DNA of 64,000 bases from Desulfobacterales bacterium (GCA_963674755.2 CAXXVS010000002.1:288001-352000); one strand, 5' to 3'; shown: positions 48,489-61,451, counted from the stretch's first letter. Notes: generated by a model not told the origin, from the sequence alone. Numbers and translations are program-made.

Positions 48489-49027
48489 TGCAAAGTGAAG
48501 TGATGTTTGCCGGATTCGGCGGCCAGGGGATTCTGCTGAGCGCCAAAATTCTCGCGTACACCGCCATGCAAGCCGGCTATGAAGTGGTCTGGATCCCTTC
48601 CTACGGCCCGGAGATGCGCGGCGGTACGGCCTATTGCATGGTCATCATAAGTGACCGGCCCATCGGATCGCCGATCGTCAAAAACCCCGGGCATCTGGTG
48701 GCCATGAACCGCCCTTCGCTGGAAAAATTCGCGCCGCTGGTCAAGCCCGGCGGGGTTATCATGATCAACAGCTCCCTGATCCCGATTCGCTCGGAACGAA
48801 CGGATGTGGACGAAATCGCCATCCCGGTCAACGATATCGCCATTGAAGCCGGCAGCATCCGCTCGGCCAATATTGTGGCGCTGGCGGCGTTTGTGGCCCG
48901 CAGCGGGATCGTTTCCATGGAAGCCCTGCGGGAATCCGTCAAAAAAGAGTTTGCCCGCAAGGCGAAATTGATCCCCCTGAATATGGATGCCATGGATCGG
49001 GGCGAGCAGGCGGCCCAGGCGATCTAA
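48488..49027 (+). CDS. 2-oxoacid:ferredoxin oxidoreductase gamma subunit
   Basis: AGFGGQG, PSYGPEMRGG. Confidence 0.92.
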   Translation: MQSEVMFAGFGGQGILLSAKILAYTAMQAGYEVVWIPSYGPEMRGGTAYCMVIISDRPIGSPIVKNPGHLVAMNRPSLEKFAPLVKPGGVIMINSSLIPIRSERTDVDEIAIPVNDIAIEAGSIRSANIVALAAFVARSGIVSMEALRESVKKEFARKAKLIPLNMDAMDRGEQAAQAI

Positions 49028-49066
49028 CGTCCCGTCGAAACCTAATGATGTCGTGAACAGGAATTG

Positions 49067-49103
49067 GGCGATCGGTGACGCTGCTTGTCACCGATCGCCT
49101 TTT
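49067..49103 (+). terminator. Intrinsic terminator of the vor operon
   Basis: GGCGATCGGTGAC / GTCACCGATCGCC + TTTT. Confidence 0.8.
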
Positions 49104-49182
49104 GGTTCGAAATTCCCGCCCGGACATTGCCATCTGAGGCCAGAAGGGAATCCGAACGCTGCCGAAGAGGTGAAACATTGCC

Positions 49183-50274
49183 ATGACCATACGTGTGCCG
49201 GAAAATATTCGCGCCATAAAACCCTATGTGCCGGGCAAGCCCATGGAAGAACTGGAACGGGAACTGGGGATTGCCCGGTCCATCAAACTGGCCTCCAACG
49301 AGAACCCGTTGGGACCGTCGCCCATGGCCCTGGATGCCCTAAGGGATGCCTTAAGCCAGTTGCACCGCTATCCGGACGGCTCCGGTCATACCCTGGTCCA
49401 GGCCCTGGCCCAGCATTTGGGCTGCCCGGCGGAAGCGATTGTGATCGGCAACGGATCCGACGATATCATTGCCCTGCTGGCCCATACCTTGCTGCGTCCG
49501 GGGGAGCGGGCGGTCATGCCACAGCCCTCGTTTCTGATGTATGAAATTGCGGTCCGCACGGTGGGCGCCGAGCCGGTTTTCGTTCCGCTGCAGGACCTTG
49601 CCATCGATCTGGAGGGCATGCGCCGGGTCGTGGATGCCGACACCCGGCTGGTATTCCTGTGCAATCCCAACAACCCCACCGGGACGACCATCGCCAGGTC
49701 GGATTTCGTCCGCTTCATCGAGGCGTTGCCCCCCGAGGTGGTGGTGGTGGTGGATGAAGCCTATATCGAATTCGTGCGCGACCCGGACTGTCTGCAAAGC
49801 CGCACCTATTGGGGAAGCGATCATCCGGTGGTTACGCTGCGCACCTTTTCCAAGTTATACGGGCTCGCAGGGCTGCGGGTGGGATACGGGGTCATGCCGG
49901 CGGAACTGGCGGGCTATCTGAACCGCATCCGCCAGCCCTTCAATGTCAATTCGCTGGCCCAGATCGCCGCCCGGGCGGCCTTGCGGGATCGGGATTTTGT
50001 CGAGCGAACCCTAAGCGTGGTGCATGACGGCCTGGACTTCCTATGCCAGGCCCTGACGGAAATGGGCGTGCGGTTTTTTCCCACCCAGTCGAATTTTTTC
50101 CTGATCGATGTGGAACAGGATGCGGAAGCCCTTTTTCACGCCATGCTGCGCCAGGGGGTGATCGTGCGATCCATGAAAAGCTACGGCTATTCCCGCTATA
50201 TCCGTGTCAATGTGGGCACGGCCGAAGAAAACGAACGTTTCCTCAAAGCGCTCCGGAAAGTCCTGGGCCGCTGA
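49183..50274 (+). CDS. hisC: Histidinol-phosphate aminotransferase
   Basis: KLASNENP, NPNNPTG, DEAY, RTFSKLYGLAGLRVG. Confidence 0.95.
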   Translation: MTIRVPENIRAIKPYVPGKPMEELERELGIARSIKLASNENPLGPSPMALDALRDALSQLHRYPDGSGHTLVQALAQHLGCPAEAIVIGNGSDDIIALLAHTLLRPGERAVMPQPSFLMYEIAVRTVGAEPVFVPLQDLAIDLEGMRRVVDADTRLVFLCNPNNPTGTTIARSDFVRFIEALPPEVVVVVDEAYIEFVRDPDCLQSRTYWGSDHPVVTLRTFSKLYGLAGLRVGYGVMPAELAGYLNRIRQPFNVNSLAQIAARAALRDRDFVERTLSVVHDGLDFLCQALTEMGVRFFPTQSNFFLIDVEQDAEALFHAMLRQGVIVRSMKSYGYSRYIRVNVGTAEENERFLKALRKVLGR

Positions 50275-50334
50275 TGGCAAAGGGATTCGACCCGCGCGGA
50301 TCACAGACCGCCACCGGGCAGGGGATCAATTAGA

Positions 50335-51006
50335 ATGCACAACATGGTCATCACTATCGACGGTCCGGCCGGGGCCGGTAAAACCACAGTCAGCCGCGGA
50401 TTGGCCGATCGATTGGGCTACCGCTACATCGATACCGGTGCGTTGTATCGGGGCGTAGCGCTGGCGGCCCAGCGGGCCGGCGTGGCCCCGGGGGATGACG
50501 AGGGATTGGCCGCCCTTTGCCAGGGGCTGCGCCTATCGTTTGTGCGCGACCCCGCCGGATGCCGTCTATACAATGGGGACGAGGATATCGAAGGCCTGAT
50601 TCGAACGCCGGAGATCTCCATGTTGGCTTCGGCCGTTTCGGCCCGACCCGTTGTGCGCCGTTTTCTCCTGGAAGTGCAGCGGCAGTTCGCCCGTGAAAAA
50701 GGTGCGGTTTTCGAGGGCCGGGATATGGGCACGGTGGTTTTTCCGGATGCCGAAATCAAATTTTTCCTCGACGCCCCCCTGGCGATCCGGGCCCGCCGGC
50801 GGCATGCCGAACTGGCCGGACGCTCCGCTCAGACCCTGGAAGATGTTTTAAACGATATGGCCCGGCGCGACCACAACGACCAGACGCGCGCAATGGCCCC
50901 CCTACGGCCGGCGGACGATGCGATCGTCATCGATTCCGCCAATCTGTCCCCCCAGGAGGTCATCGACCGAATGATAGCAGCCATCGGGGCGGACCAGGCC
51001 GGTTGA
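50335..51006 (+). CDS. cmk: Cytidylate kinase
   Basis: IDGPAGAGKTT, DTGALYR, EGRDMGTVVFP. Confidence 0.96.
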   Translation: MHNMVITIDGPAGAGKTTVSRGLADRLGYRYIDTGALYRGVALAAQRAGVAPGDDEGLAALCQGLRLSFVRDPAGCRLYNGDEDIEGLIRTPEISMLASAVSARPVVRRFLLEVQRQFAREKGAVFEGRDMGTVVFPDAEIKFFLDAPLAIRARRRHAELAGRSAQTLEDVLNDMARRDHNDQTRAMAPLRPADDAIVIDSANLSPQEVIDRMIAAIGADQAG

Positions 51007-51139
51007 AAGGGGCGCATGCCGCGGTAACATCCCTAATTTTGCTATTGTAACTATAGCTACTTTCTGATAAACGACTTTGGTTATGCCAACCGAAACAGGT
51101 TGCAGCACAAAAATCGGCTAAGGGGGAAATTATTTTTAA

Positions 51140-52975
51140 ATGGAAAATCTAGCAGAAAACAAAGCAAACGACGACAGCCAGCCAGCCGCTACCACCGAGG
51201 AACAGGCCATGGGCGACCAGGAAGCCACAGGCGGGGAAAGCATGGAAGACCTCATGAGTCTTTATGAGGAAAGCTTCAAGCGTTTCGCCGAAGGCGAGGT
51301 GGTCAAAGGCCACATTATCTCGGTCGACAAGGATCATGTCCTGGTGGATATCGGCTACAAATCCGAAGGCCAGATCCGGATCAACGAATTCCGTGACGAA
51401 ACAGGTGAAATCAGAGCGGAAATCGGGGACGAAGTCGAGGTGATGGTCGAGTGGTGGGACGATGAAGAGGAACGGGTCGTCCTCTCCAAGGAAAAAGCCG
51501 CCAACGTAAAGGTCTGGGAAGAAATCAAGCGGGTGTACGACGCGGACGAGACCATCGAGGGAACCATTCAGTCGCGGGTCAAAGGCGGCTTTTCGGTGGA
51601 TATCGGTGTGCAGGCCTTTTTGCCCGGCTCCCAGGCCGACCTGCGTCCCATCCGCAATCTGGATGATCTCGTGGGCAAGACGTTTGCTTTCAAAATCTTG
51701 AAATACAACCGCAAACGCAGCAATATCGTGCTGTCTCGCCGGGTAATCCTGGAAAAGGAACGGGAAGAGAAGCGCGCCGCCACCTTATCTTCCATCCACG
51801 AAGGCAAGGTGGTCCCCGGGACGGTCAAGAATATCACTGAATACGGGGTTTTTGTCGATCTGGGCGGCGTCGACGGGCTGCTGCACATTACCGATATTTC
51901 CTGGGGACGTGTCAAGCACCCCTCGGAATTGTTCGGCATCGGCGACGAGATCACGGTCAAGATTCTCAATCTCGACCTGGAAAAGGAGCGGGTCTCCCTT
52001 GGCATGAAACAGCTTAGCGAGGATCCCTGGACCCAGGCTGCCGACCGTTATCCGGTGGGTACGCATGTCACCGGGCGGGTTGTCAGCCTGACCGACTACG
52101 GGGCCTTCGTCGAGTTGGAGGAAGGCATCGAAGGGTTGATCCACGTCTCGGAAATGTCCTGGACCCGCAAGGTACGCCATCCTTCCAAGGTCGTCTCGGT
52201 GGGGGAAGAAGTCGATGCGGTCGTGCTCGACATCAAACCCGACAGCCGGCGGATTTCCTTGGGGATGAAGCAGGTCAAGCCCAATCCCTGGGATATTATC
52301 GCTGAAAAATATCCCGTGGGGACGACCATCGAAGGCAAAATCAAAAATATCACCGATTTCGGTCTTTTCATCGGTATCGACGAAGGCATCGACGGGCTGG
52401 TCCATATTTCCGACATCTCTTGGACCAAGCGCATCAAGCATCCTTCCGAGGTCTACAAGAAGGGGGATGTGGTTCAGGCCATCGTGCTCGATATCGAGAA
52501 GGACAATGAACGCTTCTCCCTCGGGATCAAACAGCTCCAGCAGGATCCCTGGAAGACGGTCGCCGAGCGCTATGATGTCGGCAAGGAGATCACCGGCACC
52601 ATCACCAACCTGACCGATTTTGGTGTTTTCATCGAACTCGAGGAAGGCATCGAGGGGCTGGTGCATGTGTCGGAGATCAGCAAGGAAAAGATCAAAACGC
52701 CGGTAGGGATGTACAATATCGGTGACGTCATCACCGCCCGCGTGATGAATATCAATAGCGACGAACGGCGAATCGGACTGTCGATCAAGCGTCTCGAAAT
52801 GGAAGACGAACAGTCGATTCTGAGCGAATATGTGAACAGCATGAAGCCGGCCACCTCCACTTTCGGTGAAATTCTGCGCGAAAACCTGCAGGAAAAATTC
52901 AACGAAGTCGATCAGGAGGAGACTCCGGACGAGGATGTGCCGGACGAGAGCCCGGACGAGAGCGAAGATAAATAA
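51140..52975 (+). CDS. rpsA: 30S ribosomal protein S1
   Basis: Six S1 domains; follows cmk. Confidence 0.97.
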   Translation: MENLAENKANDDSQPAATTEEQAMGDQEATGGESMEDLMSLYEESFKRFAEGEVVKGHIISVDKDHVLVDIGYKSEGQIRINEFRDETGEIRAEIGDEVEVMVEWWDDEEERVVLSKEKAANVKVWEEIKRVYDADETIEGTIQSRVKGGFSVDIGVQAFLPGSQADLRPIRNLDDLVGKTFAFKILKYNRKRSNIVLSRRVILEKEREEKRAATLSSIHEGKVVPGTVKNITEYGVFVDLGGVDGLLHITDISWGRVKHPSELFGIGDEITVKILNLDLEKERVSLGMKQLSEDPWTQAADRYPVGTHVTGRVVSLTDYGAFVELEEGIEGLIHVSEMSWTRKVRHPSKVVSVGEEVDAVVLDIKPDSRRISLGMKQVKPNPWDIIAEKYPVGTTIEGKIKNITDFGLFIGIDEGIDGLVHISDISWTKRIKHPSEVYKKGDVVQAIVLDIEKDNERFSLGIKQLQQDPWKTVAERYDVGKEITGTITNLTDFGVFIELEEGIEGLVHVSEISKEKIKTPVGMYNIGDVITARVMNINSDERRIGLSIKRLEMEDEQSILSEYVNSMKPATSTFGEILRENLQEKFNEVDQEETPDEDVPDESPDESEDK

Positions 52976-53090
52976 CAAGAAAATCCATCGAAAACTGTTC
53001 CCGGGTGCCTGCGCCATGAGGCTGGCACCCGGGGCAGTCTCCCAGCTATACACGACCGATCGACCCGCCCCCAACGAAGGCTGAAGGCCT

Positions 53091-54002
53091 ATGTTCTCTC
53101 GCCGGCATCCACTTCTTTTTTCATTTCTGGTATTCAGCGCCCTGACCTCGGGGACCCTCATCCTCCTTTCCCTGATCATTGCCCTGGGCATGCGCGGATC
53201 GGACCTGGCCGGTCTGGACATGGGCCGTGGGGAAAAAGTGGGGGTGATCGAAATCACGGGCGTGATCGCCGACGCCCGGGACATCCTGGCGCAACTCAAG
53301 GGCTTTCGTGAGGATGGGGATATCAAGGCCATCGTCATTCGCGTCGATTCCCCGGGAGGGGTTGTGGGACCTTCCCAGGAGATCTACCGGGAAGTCATGC
53401 GCACCCGGTCCACCAAGAAGGTGATCGCCTCCATGGGGGCCGTGGCGGCCTCGGGGGGCTACTATGTGATTGCCGGGGCGGACGGCATCATGGCCAATCC
53501 GGGAACGATCACCGGCAGCATCGGCGTCATCATGGAATACACCAATTTTGAGGAACTTTTCCAGAAAATCGGCTTGTCGCCCGTGGTCATCAAAAGTGGC
53601 AAGTTCAAGGATGCCGGTTCCCCGGTGCGGAAAATGACCCCGGAAGAAGAACGGATTCTCAAGGATTTCGTCGACCGCCTGCACCAGCAGTTTGTCGCCG
53701 CCATTGCCGAAGGCCGTCAGATGGACCTCGCGACAGTGCAGAAACTGGCCGACGGCCGTATCTACACCGGCGCGGATGCCAAGGAGATCGGGCTGGTGGA
53801 CCGCATCGGCAATATGGAAGACGCCATCGATTGGGCTGGAGAATTGGCCGGTATCGAAGGCGACATCATCCCGGTTTATCCGCCTCCGAAAAAGCTATCG
53901 GTAATGCGTCTCCTCACAGAATCCTTTTTAGGGGATCTGATCGGCCGTGTGACCCACCAGGCGATGACCGCCGAATACCGCTATACCCCATCCCATCCCT
54001 AA
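53091..54002 (+). CDS. sppA: Signal peptide peptidase SppA
   Basis: DSPGG, AASGGYY, TGSIGV. Confidence 0.93.
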   Translation: MFSRRHPLLFSFLVFSALTSGTLILLSLIIALGMRGSDLAGLDMGRGEKVGVIEITGVIADARDILAQLKGFREDGDIKAIVIRVDSPGGVVGPSQEIYREVMRTRSTKKVIASMGAVAASGGYYVIAGADGIMANPGTITGSIGVIMEYTNFEELFQKIGLSPVVIKSGKFKDAGSPVRKMTPEEERILKDFVDRLHQQFVAAIAEGRQMDLATVQKLADGRIYTGADAKEIGLVDRIGNMEDAIDWAGELAGIEGDIIPVYPPPKKLSVMRLLTESFLGDLIGRVTHQAMTAEYRYTPSHP

Positions 54003-54607
54003 CCGAAGCTGCTGATATCGCCGGCGCCCTGCCGGATCACGACCGGATCGTCGTCGATGAGCGAGATGACACTGGAAGGCCGGCCCGGCACCGGACCGCT
54101 GTCGATGACCACATCGATGCGGGACCCGAAGTGATCATGAATGAGGGAGGCGTCCTCGAAGACCGTGCCGTCGCTCATGGTGGCGCTGGTGGTCAGAATG
54201 GGGTTGCCCAGTTCCCCCACCAAAGCCAGGCAGAGGGCATGATCCGGCACTCGGATGCCGGCCGTCTTGCGAGGGGTGAGCATCATCTTGGGGACTTCAC
54301 GGGAACCTTCCAGAATGAAGGTGTAGGGGCCGGGCAGCAGACGCCGCATGGTTTTGTAGGCGTAATTGGAAACCTTGGCGTAGCAGCTGATGTTTTTAAG
54401 ATCCGAGCACATGAAACTGAAAGGCTTTTTCTTGTCCCGCTGTTTGATCTGGTAGATTTTTTCGATGGCTTTCTTGTTCATGATGTCGCAGCCGATGCCA
54501 TAGACGGTGTCGGTGGCATAGGCCACGATGCCGCCTTGCCGGAGAATGGCCACCACTTGTGCGACCAGGCGCGGCTGGGGATTGTCGGGATTGATGTTGA
54601 GGAGCAT
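53999..54607 (-). CDS. Sua5/YrdC/YciO family threonylcarbamoyl-AMP synthase-like protein
   Basis: TDTVYG, PGPYTF, GIRVP, TTSA. Confidence 0.9.
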   Translation of the reverse strand: MLLNINPDNPQPRLVAQVVAILRQGGIVAYATDTVYGIGCDIMNKKAIEKIYQIKQRDKKKPFSFMCSDLKNISCYAKVSNYAYKTMRRLLPGPYTFILEGSREVPKMMLTPRKTAGIRVPDHALCLALVGELGNPILTTSATMSDGTVFEDASLIHDHFGSRIDVVIDSGPVPGRPSSVISLIDDDPVVIRQGAGDISSFG

Positions 54608-54896
54608 GAACGGTCTCCATTGCGGCGCTACCATGCCGTGGGGGTGGATGAGAACGCTTCCACGGATTTAAGCTTCAAGGAAAATCCAATAATTCAAGCC
54701 GGTTTCAGAAAGCACTCCATATATCGGGCCAGGAGGGATGTCAAGGCGCCAAATAAAACATTGCTAAAGACCGGCCCTTCTGCTAAGGGAGCAGATCAAA
54801 TTTCCGGTCCGCACGATGGCCCCCGGGCCTTGCATCAGGATAACAGCGGACCGTCCCCTTGGGTTACAGCGAATCCATCGAAAGTGCCTTATCTGA

Positions 54897-56414
<1,518 letters not shown>

Positions 56415-56452
56415 GAAGCCGTCCGCCTGCCGTCCTTAGAGAGTTCGCCCGA

Positions 56453-59400
56453 ATGTCTGATACGGCCCAAAGCCCCTTTGTCCACCTCCATGTCCACACC
56501 CAGTACAGCCTGCTCGACGGCGCGATCCGCATCGATCCGCTGCTCCAGCAGGCCAAGGCCTACGGGATGGAGGCGGTATCCATCACCGACCATGGCACCA
56601 TGTTCGGGGCGCTTGAGTTTTACACCAAGGCCACCAAGGCCGGCCTGCGCCCCATCATCGGCTGCGAGATCTATGTGGCCCCCCGCACCCTGCAGGACAA
56701 GACGCCCCAGGATGCCAAGGGGCTAACCCATCTTGTCCTGCTGGCGGAGAATCAGGAGGGCTACCGCAATCTCTGCCGGCTGGCCTCCATCGCCCAGATG
56801 GAGGGTTTCTACTACCGGCCGCGTATCGACAAACACCTGCTGGCGGAACACCACCAGGGCCTGATCGCGCTGTCCGCCTGTCTGCATGGCGAAATTCCCA
56901 TGCATATCAAGCAGGGACGGATCGAAAAGGCCGAAGCCGCCGCCCGCTGGTTTCAGGACTTATTCGGCGAGGGGAATTTTTACTTAGAGGTCCAGAACAA
57001 CGGGATCGACATTCAGGACACGGTCAACCGCGCCCTGCGGGAGATGAGCGCCACGCTGTCCATCCCCCTGGTGGCGAGCAACGACTGTCATTACTTGAAA
57101 AAGGAGGATGTGCGTGCCCACGATGTCCTGCTGTGCATCCAGACCGGCAAGACCGTCCACGAAGGCAACCGCTTCCGCTTCAGCACGGACCAGCTCTATT
57201 TCAAATCCCCGGAGGAAATGACCGCCTCCTTCCAGGAATATCCCGGCGCCATCGACAACTCGCTGGCCATTGCGCGACGCTGTGCCTACGAATTTGATTT
57301 CTCCTACCATTTCCCGACCTTTCCCGCGCCCGAAAATGTGGACACCCAAGACCTCTTCGAAGAGACGGTCCGGGCGGGTTACCGCCGCCGCATGGCCAAA
57401 ATCAGGGAGAAGCAGCCGGATGTCGACCAGGCGCTCTACGATAAGCGGCTGGAATACGAAATCTCCGTGATCAAGGAAATGGGCTTTGCCGCTTATTTCC
57501 TGATCGTGGCTGACTTCATCCGCTACGCCAAGGAAAACGGTGTGCCGGTGGGGCCGGGGCGCGGATCGGCGGCCGGCAGCATGGTGGCCTATGCCATGGG
57601 GATCACCGACCTGGATCCCATCGAGCACGGGCTGATTTTCGAACGCTTTTTAAACCCGGCCCGCATCAGCATGCCGGATATCGACGTGGACTTCTGCATC
57701 AACGGCCGGGACAAGGTCTACAAATACGTGGTGGACCAATACGGCGGCGGGGACTACGTGGCCCAGATCATCACCTATGGAAAGCTCAAAACCCGGGCTG
57801 TGATCCGGGATGTGGGCCGGGCTCTGGATATTCCCTTGCGCGAAGTGGATGCCATCGCCAAAATGGTGCCGGACGTTCTCAATATCAGCCTCGAAGATGC
57901 TATCGCCCTGGAGCCCAAATTCAACGAATTGGCCGCCACCCGTCCGGAGGTTGACGAATTACTCAAAATTTGCCGGGTTCTGGAAGGCCTGCCGCGCCAT
58001 GCCTCCACCCATGCCGCCGGCGTGGTCATCGGTGACAAACCCCTGGTGGAGTACCTGCCCCTCTACCGCGGTAAAAAGGGCGAGGTGGTGACCCAGTTCG
58101 ACATGAAACATGTCGAGAAGGCGGGGCTGGTCAAGTTCGATTTTCTGGGTCTGCGCAACCTGACCGTCATCGCCAAGACCCTCTCACTCCTGGCCGACCA
58201 GGACACGCCGGTGCCCGATATGGTCAACCTGAATCTGGATGACCGGGCGAGCTACACCCTTTTGTGCAGTGGTGACACCACCGGCGTTTTCCAGTTGGAA
58301 AGCTCCGGGATGAAAGACCTTCTGGTGCGGCTTAAGCCGGCTTGCTTTGCCGATATCACCGCCCTGGTGGCCCTCTACCGCCCCGGCCCGTTGGACAGCG
58401 GCATGGTGGATGACTTCGTGGAGTGCAAACACGGGCGTAAACCCGTGGTCTATCTCGTACCGGAACTCGAACCGATTCTCAAGGAAACCTACGGCGTCAT
58501 CCTCTACCAGGAACAGGTCATGAAGATTGCCGCCGAACTGGCCAACTATTCCATGGCCAAGGCGGACGACCTGCGCAAGGCCATGGGCAAGAAAATTGCC
58601 GAAAAGATGGCCGAGCACCGGGATAGTTTTATGGCCGGGGCGCTTGAAAACAAGATCCCGGAGGACAAGGCCAAAACCATTTTCGATCTCATGGAAAAGT
58701 TCGGGGGTTACGGGTTCAACAAGTCCCACAGCGCCGCCTATGCCCTGATCGCCTACCAGACCGCTTACCTCAAGGCCCACTATACGGTGGAATTCCTGGC
58801 GGCTCTGCTGACCAGCGAAATGCACTCCACGGACGGTGTGGTCAAATACATGGCGGAGTGCCGCAGTCATGGGGTCGAAATCCTGTCGCCGGACGTCAAC
58901 CACAGCGGGACCTCCTTCGAGGTCCATGACGGCAAGATCCGTTACGGTCTGGTGGCGGTCAAAAACGTCGGCGAAGGCGCCATCGAAGCCATCGTGGCGG
59001 AAAGAGAGGCCGGGGGGGCCTTCACCTCGTTAATGGATTTTTGTGCCCGCGTGGATCTGCGCAAGGTCAACAAACGGGTGGTGGAGAGCCTGATTACATG
59101 CGGCGCTTTCGACAGCCTGGGGCACCGTCGCTCCCAGATGATGGCGGTCCTGGAGGAGGCGCTCGAGTATGGCCAGCGCATTCAGCGTGAGAAAGCCGAT
59201 CCCCAGATGGGGCTCTTCGGGACCACGGAAACCTCCGCCCCGGAAATCAATGCACCCGGTTTGCCCGACATCACGGAATGGGAGCCGCGCCAGGCCCTGA
59301 CCCTTGAAAAGGAAGCCCTGGGGTTATATCTGAGCGGCCATCCCTTGAATCGCTACGAAGACCTGATGGCCAAATTCACCAATGCCAATGCGGTCAGCAT

Positions 59401-59983
59401 TCGTGAAATTGCCGATAAGGCGGCGGTTCGCATCGGGGGGCTGATCAGCGGGATTCGGACCCTGCGCACCAAACGCGGTGACCTGATGGCGTTCGTTCAG
59501 TTGGAGGATCTCCAGGGAACCATGGAAATCATCGTGTTCCCCGATGCCTATGCCGATTTCGAAGCGCTTCTCGTGGTGGATACCCCGGTCTTTGTCCAGG
59601 GCCAGGCCCAAAAAGAGGAAAATGCGGTGCGGGTCGTGGCGGAAGAGATCGTCGATATGGACCATGCCGAGGAAGTCTGGACCGCCAGTGTCCACATCAC
59701 CTTGGACATGGCCCGTGCCAGCCGTGAACTGCTGCCGGATTTGCAGCATCTCCTGGCGCGTCACCCGGGAACATGCCGGACTTTCCTGCATCTCGTGGAC
59801 GAAAATCGAACCGAGACGGTTATCGCCGCGGATGACACCCTGCGGCTGAAAGCCGGTGCCCGTCTCAACCGCGACATCAACGGTCTCCTGGGTTATGCGG
59901 CGGTGGAAACCCGCTGCGCACCGGCCACCCTGACTGCCAACGGAAACGGCCGGCCCCGGCGAGGGGGCAAACGCGGCGGCTAA
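56453..59983 (+). CDS. dnaE: DNA polymerase III alpha subunit
   Basis: PHP HLHVHTQYSLLDG, GRGSAAGS, MPDIDVDF, GFNKSHS. Confidence 0.98.
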   Translation: MSDTAQSPFVHLHVHTQYSLLDGAIRIDPLLQQAKAYGMEAVSITDHGTMFGALEFYTKATKAGLRPIIGCEIYVAPRTLQDKTPQDAKGLTHLVLLAENQEGYRNLCRLASIAQMEGFYYRPRIDKHLLAEHHQGLIALSACLHGEIPMHIKQGRIEKAEAAARWFQDLFGEGNFYLEVQNNGIDIQDTVNRALREMSATLSIPLVASNDCHYLKKEDVRAHDVLLCIQTGKTVHEGNRFRFSTDQLYFKSPEEMTASFQEYPGAIDNSLAIARRCAYEFDFSYHFPTFPAPENVDTQDLFEETVRAGYRRRMAKIREKQPDVDQALYDKRLEYEISVIKEMGFAAYFLIVADFIRYAKENGVPVGPGRGSAAGSMVAYAMGITDLDPIEHGLIFERFLNPARISMPDIDVDFCINGRDKVYKYVVDQYGGGDYVAQIITYGKLKTRAVIRDVGRALDIPLREVDAIAKMVPDVLNISLEDAIALEPKFNELAATRPEVDELLKICRVLEGLPRHASTHAAGVVIGDKPLVEYLPLYRGKKGEVVTQFDMKHVEKAGLVKFDFLGLRNLTVIAKTLSLLADQDTPVPDMVNLNLDDRASYTLLCSGDTTGVFQLESSGMKDLLVRLKPACFADITALVALYRPGPLDSGMVDDFVECKHGRKPVVYLVPELEPILKETYGVILYQEQVMKIAAELANYSMAKADDLRKAMGKKIAEKMAEHRDSFMAGALENKIPEDKAKTIFDLMEKFGGYGFNKSHSAAYALIAYQTAYLKAHYTVEFLAALLTSEMHSTDGVVKYMAECRSHGVEILSPDVNHSGTSFEVHDGKIRYGLVAVKNVGEGAIEAIVAEREAGGAFTSLMDFCARVDLRKVNKRVVESLITCGAFDSLGHRRSQMMAVLEEALEYGQRIQREKADPQMGLFGTTETSAPEINAPGLPDITEWEPRQALTLEKEALGLYLSGHPLNRYEDLMAKFTNANAVSIREIADKAAVRIGGLISGIRTLRTKRGDLMAFVQLEDLQGTMEIIVFPDAYADFEALLVVDTPVFVQGQAQKEENAVRVVAEEIVDMDHAEEVWTASVHITLDMARASRELLPDLQHLLARHPGTCRTFLHLVDENRTETVIAADDTLRLKAGARLNRDINGLLGYAAVETRCAPATLTANGNGRPRRGGKRGG

Positions 59984-60046
59984 GTGCCCTATTCACAAAT
60001 ACGCTGACATTCGGCCGACCATTCATCCCCGTCGTACGGTGTTGCG

Positions 60047-60074
60047 AAAAAAAGGCATATACCGGGTATGCCTT
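60047..60074 (-). terminator. Hairpin terminator between the convergent dnaE and pilT-like genes
   Basis: AAGGCATA / TATGCCTT stem flanked by an A run on the plus strand. Confidence 0.6.
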
Positions 60075-60155
60075 AGTTTGCGCGCCTTGTCCGCCAGGCG
60101 ACTTGACCACCTCACGACGTCATCGTTTTTACGAATAGGCCCACCAAGTCGTCCA

Positions 60156-61399
60156 TCAGCGGGGAGAGGAATCCTCCCTCTTTTCTTGTCCCTCTTCGCG
60201 TTTCAGCTCTTCGATCAATTCCAACATCGTGGCTTCTTCCTGAATTTCATAGCTGGCGGGCCTGCCGCTATATGATGGGCGGTCCGCTACGGATACCGGC
60301 CATCCATCGGTATTCACAGCCGTTGGTTTAGTTTGGAGCAGGGACGACTGATAAGGGGTTTCGGACGTCTTCTCAGGGGATGGCCGGAAGGTCTCCTGGG
60401 GTGGGACGAAGCGGGTCTGCCGGGCAAGGAAATGGGTGTAATAGGCTTCCATCGTGAACATGCCCTCCCGGCTGCCGGTTTGCATGGCCGTTTCGATTTG
60501 GTTCAGGCGGTTGTCGCGCACCATGGTTTTGACCGCCGGCGTGCCGCGCAGAATGGACAGCAGGGGGACCCGGAAGCCGTGGGCGTCGAGGTGATCAGTT
60601 TTTGGATCAGCAACAGGGTAAGGCTCGATGCCAGCTGGTGGCGCACCAGGTCCTGCATGTCGGCGGGAAAGGAATTGCACAGCCGGTAGATGGCATCTTC
60701 GGAATTGGTGGCGTGGAGCGAGGCGATGACCAGGTGGCCGGCCTCCACCGCATTGACGGTCAGGCGAATGGTTTCCGGATCCCGCAGCTCGCCGACCACA
60801 ATCAGATCCGGCGCTTCCCGCAGTACATCCTGCAGGCCCTGGCTGTAGCTGGGGAAGTGCGTTCCCAGTTCCCGCTGTTCCACAAAGGATTTTTTGGACC
60901 GGTAGCGGTATTCCACGGGCGCTTCCAGGGTGATGATATGGAGGTTTTGTTTGCGGTTGATTTCTTCCACCATGGCCGCAATGGTCGTGGATTTACCGGC
61001 ACCGGCGGCGCCGCCCACCAGCAGCAGCCCGGTCTTGAGGCGGCAATCGTCGCTGAGCGAGGGATGCAGATTGAGTTTGGCCAGCTCCGGGGGGTGGCCG
61101 GGCAGGAGGCGCACCGCCAGACTGAGCCCCCGCAGGGTATTGAAAATATTGACCCGAATACGCACCTGGCCGATGCTGCGGGCAATGTCCACCGAGAATT
61201 GCTGGCGGAGAACGTCCAGCTCCCGCGGGCTCAGCAGCCGCTGAACCAGCTGATCCAGCTCACGGTGTTCCCACAGCAGGTTTTTGTCAAATTGCAGACT
61301 CCCGTTGCGGCGGAAAACCAGCGGATGTCCTCCGGTCAGATGAATGTCGGAGTAGCCTTCGTCAACCCCCTGTCGAATAATTTTACCGAATCGTTCCAT
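60156..61399 (-). pseudogene. pilT: PilT/PilU-family type IV pilus ATPase, split by a 1-nt frameshift at ~60592
   Basis: SDIHL, RVNIF, GAAGAGKSTT, VGELRD, GHLV..LH; the C-terminal IETAMQTGSREGMFTME is in another frame. Confidence 0.8.
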
Positions 61400-61451
61400 G
61401 GCGTGGTTTTTTCCTTGTGGGGTCAGCGGGTATTGCCCGTGGCCGCGCGCC

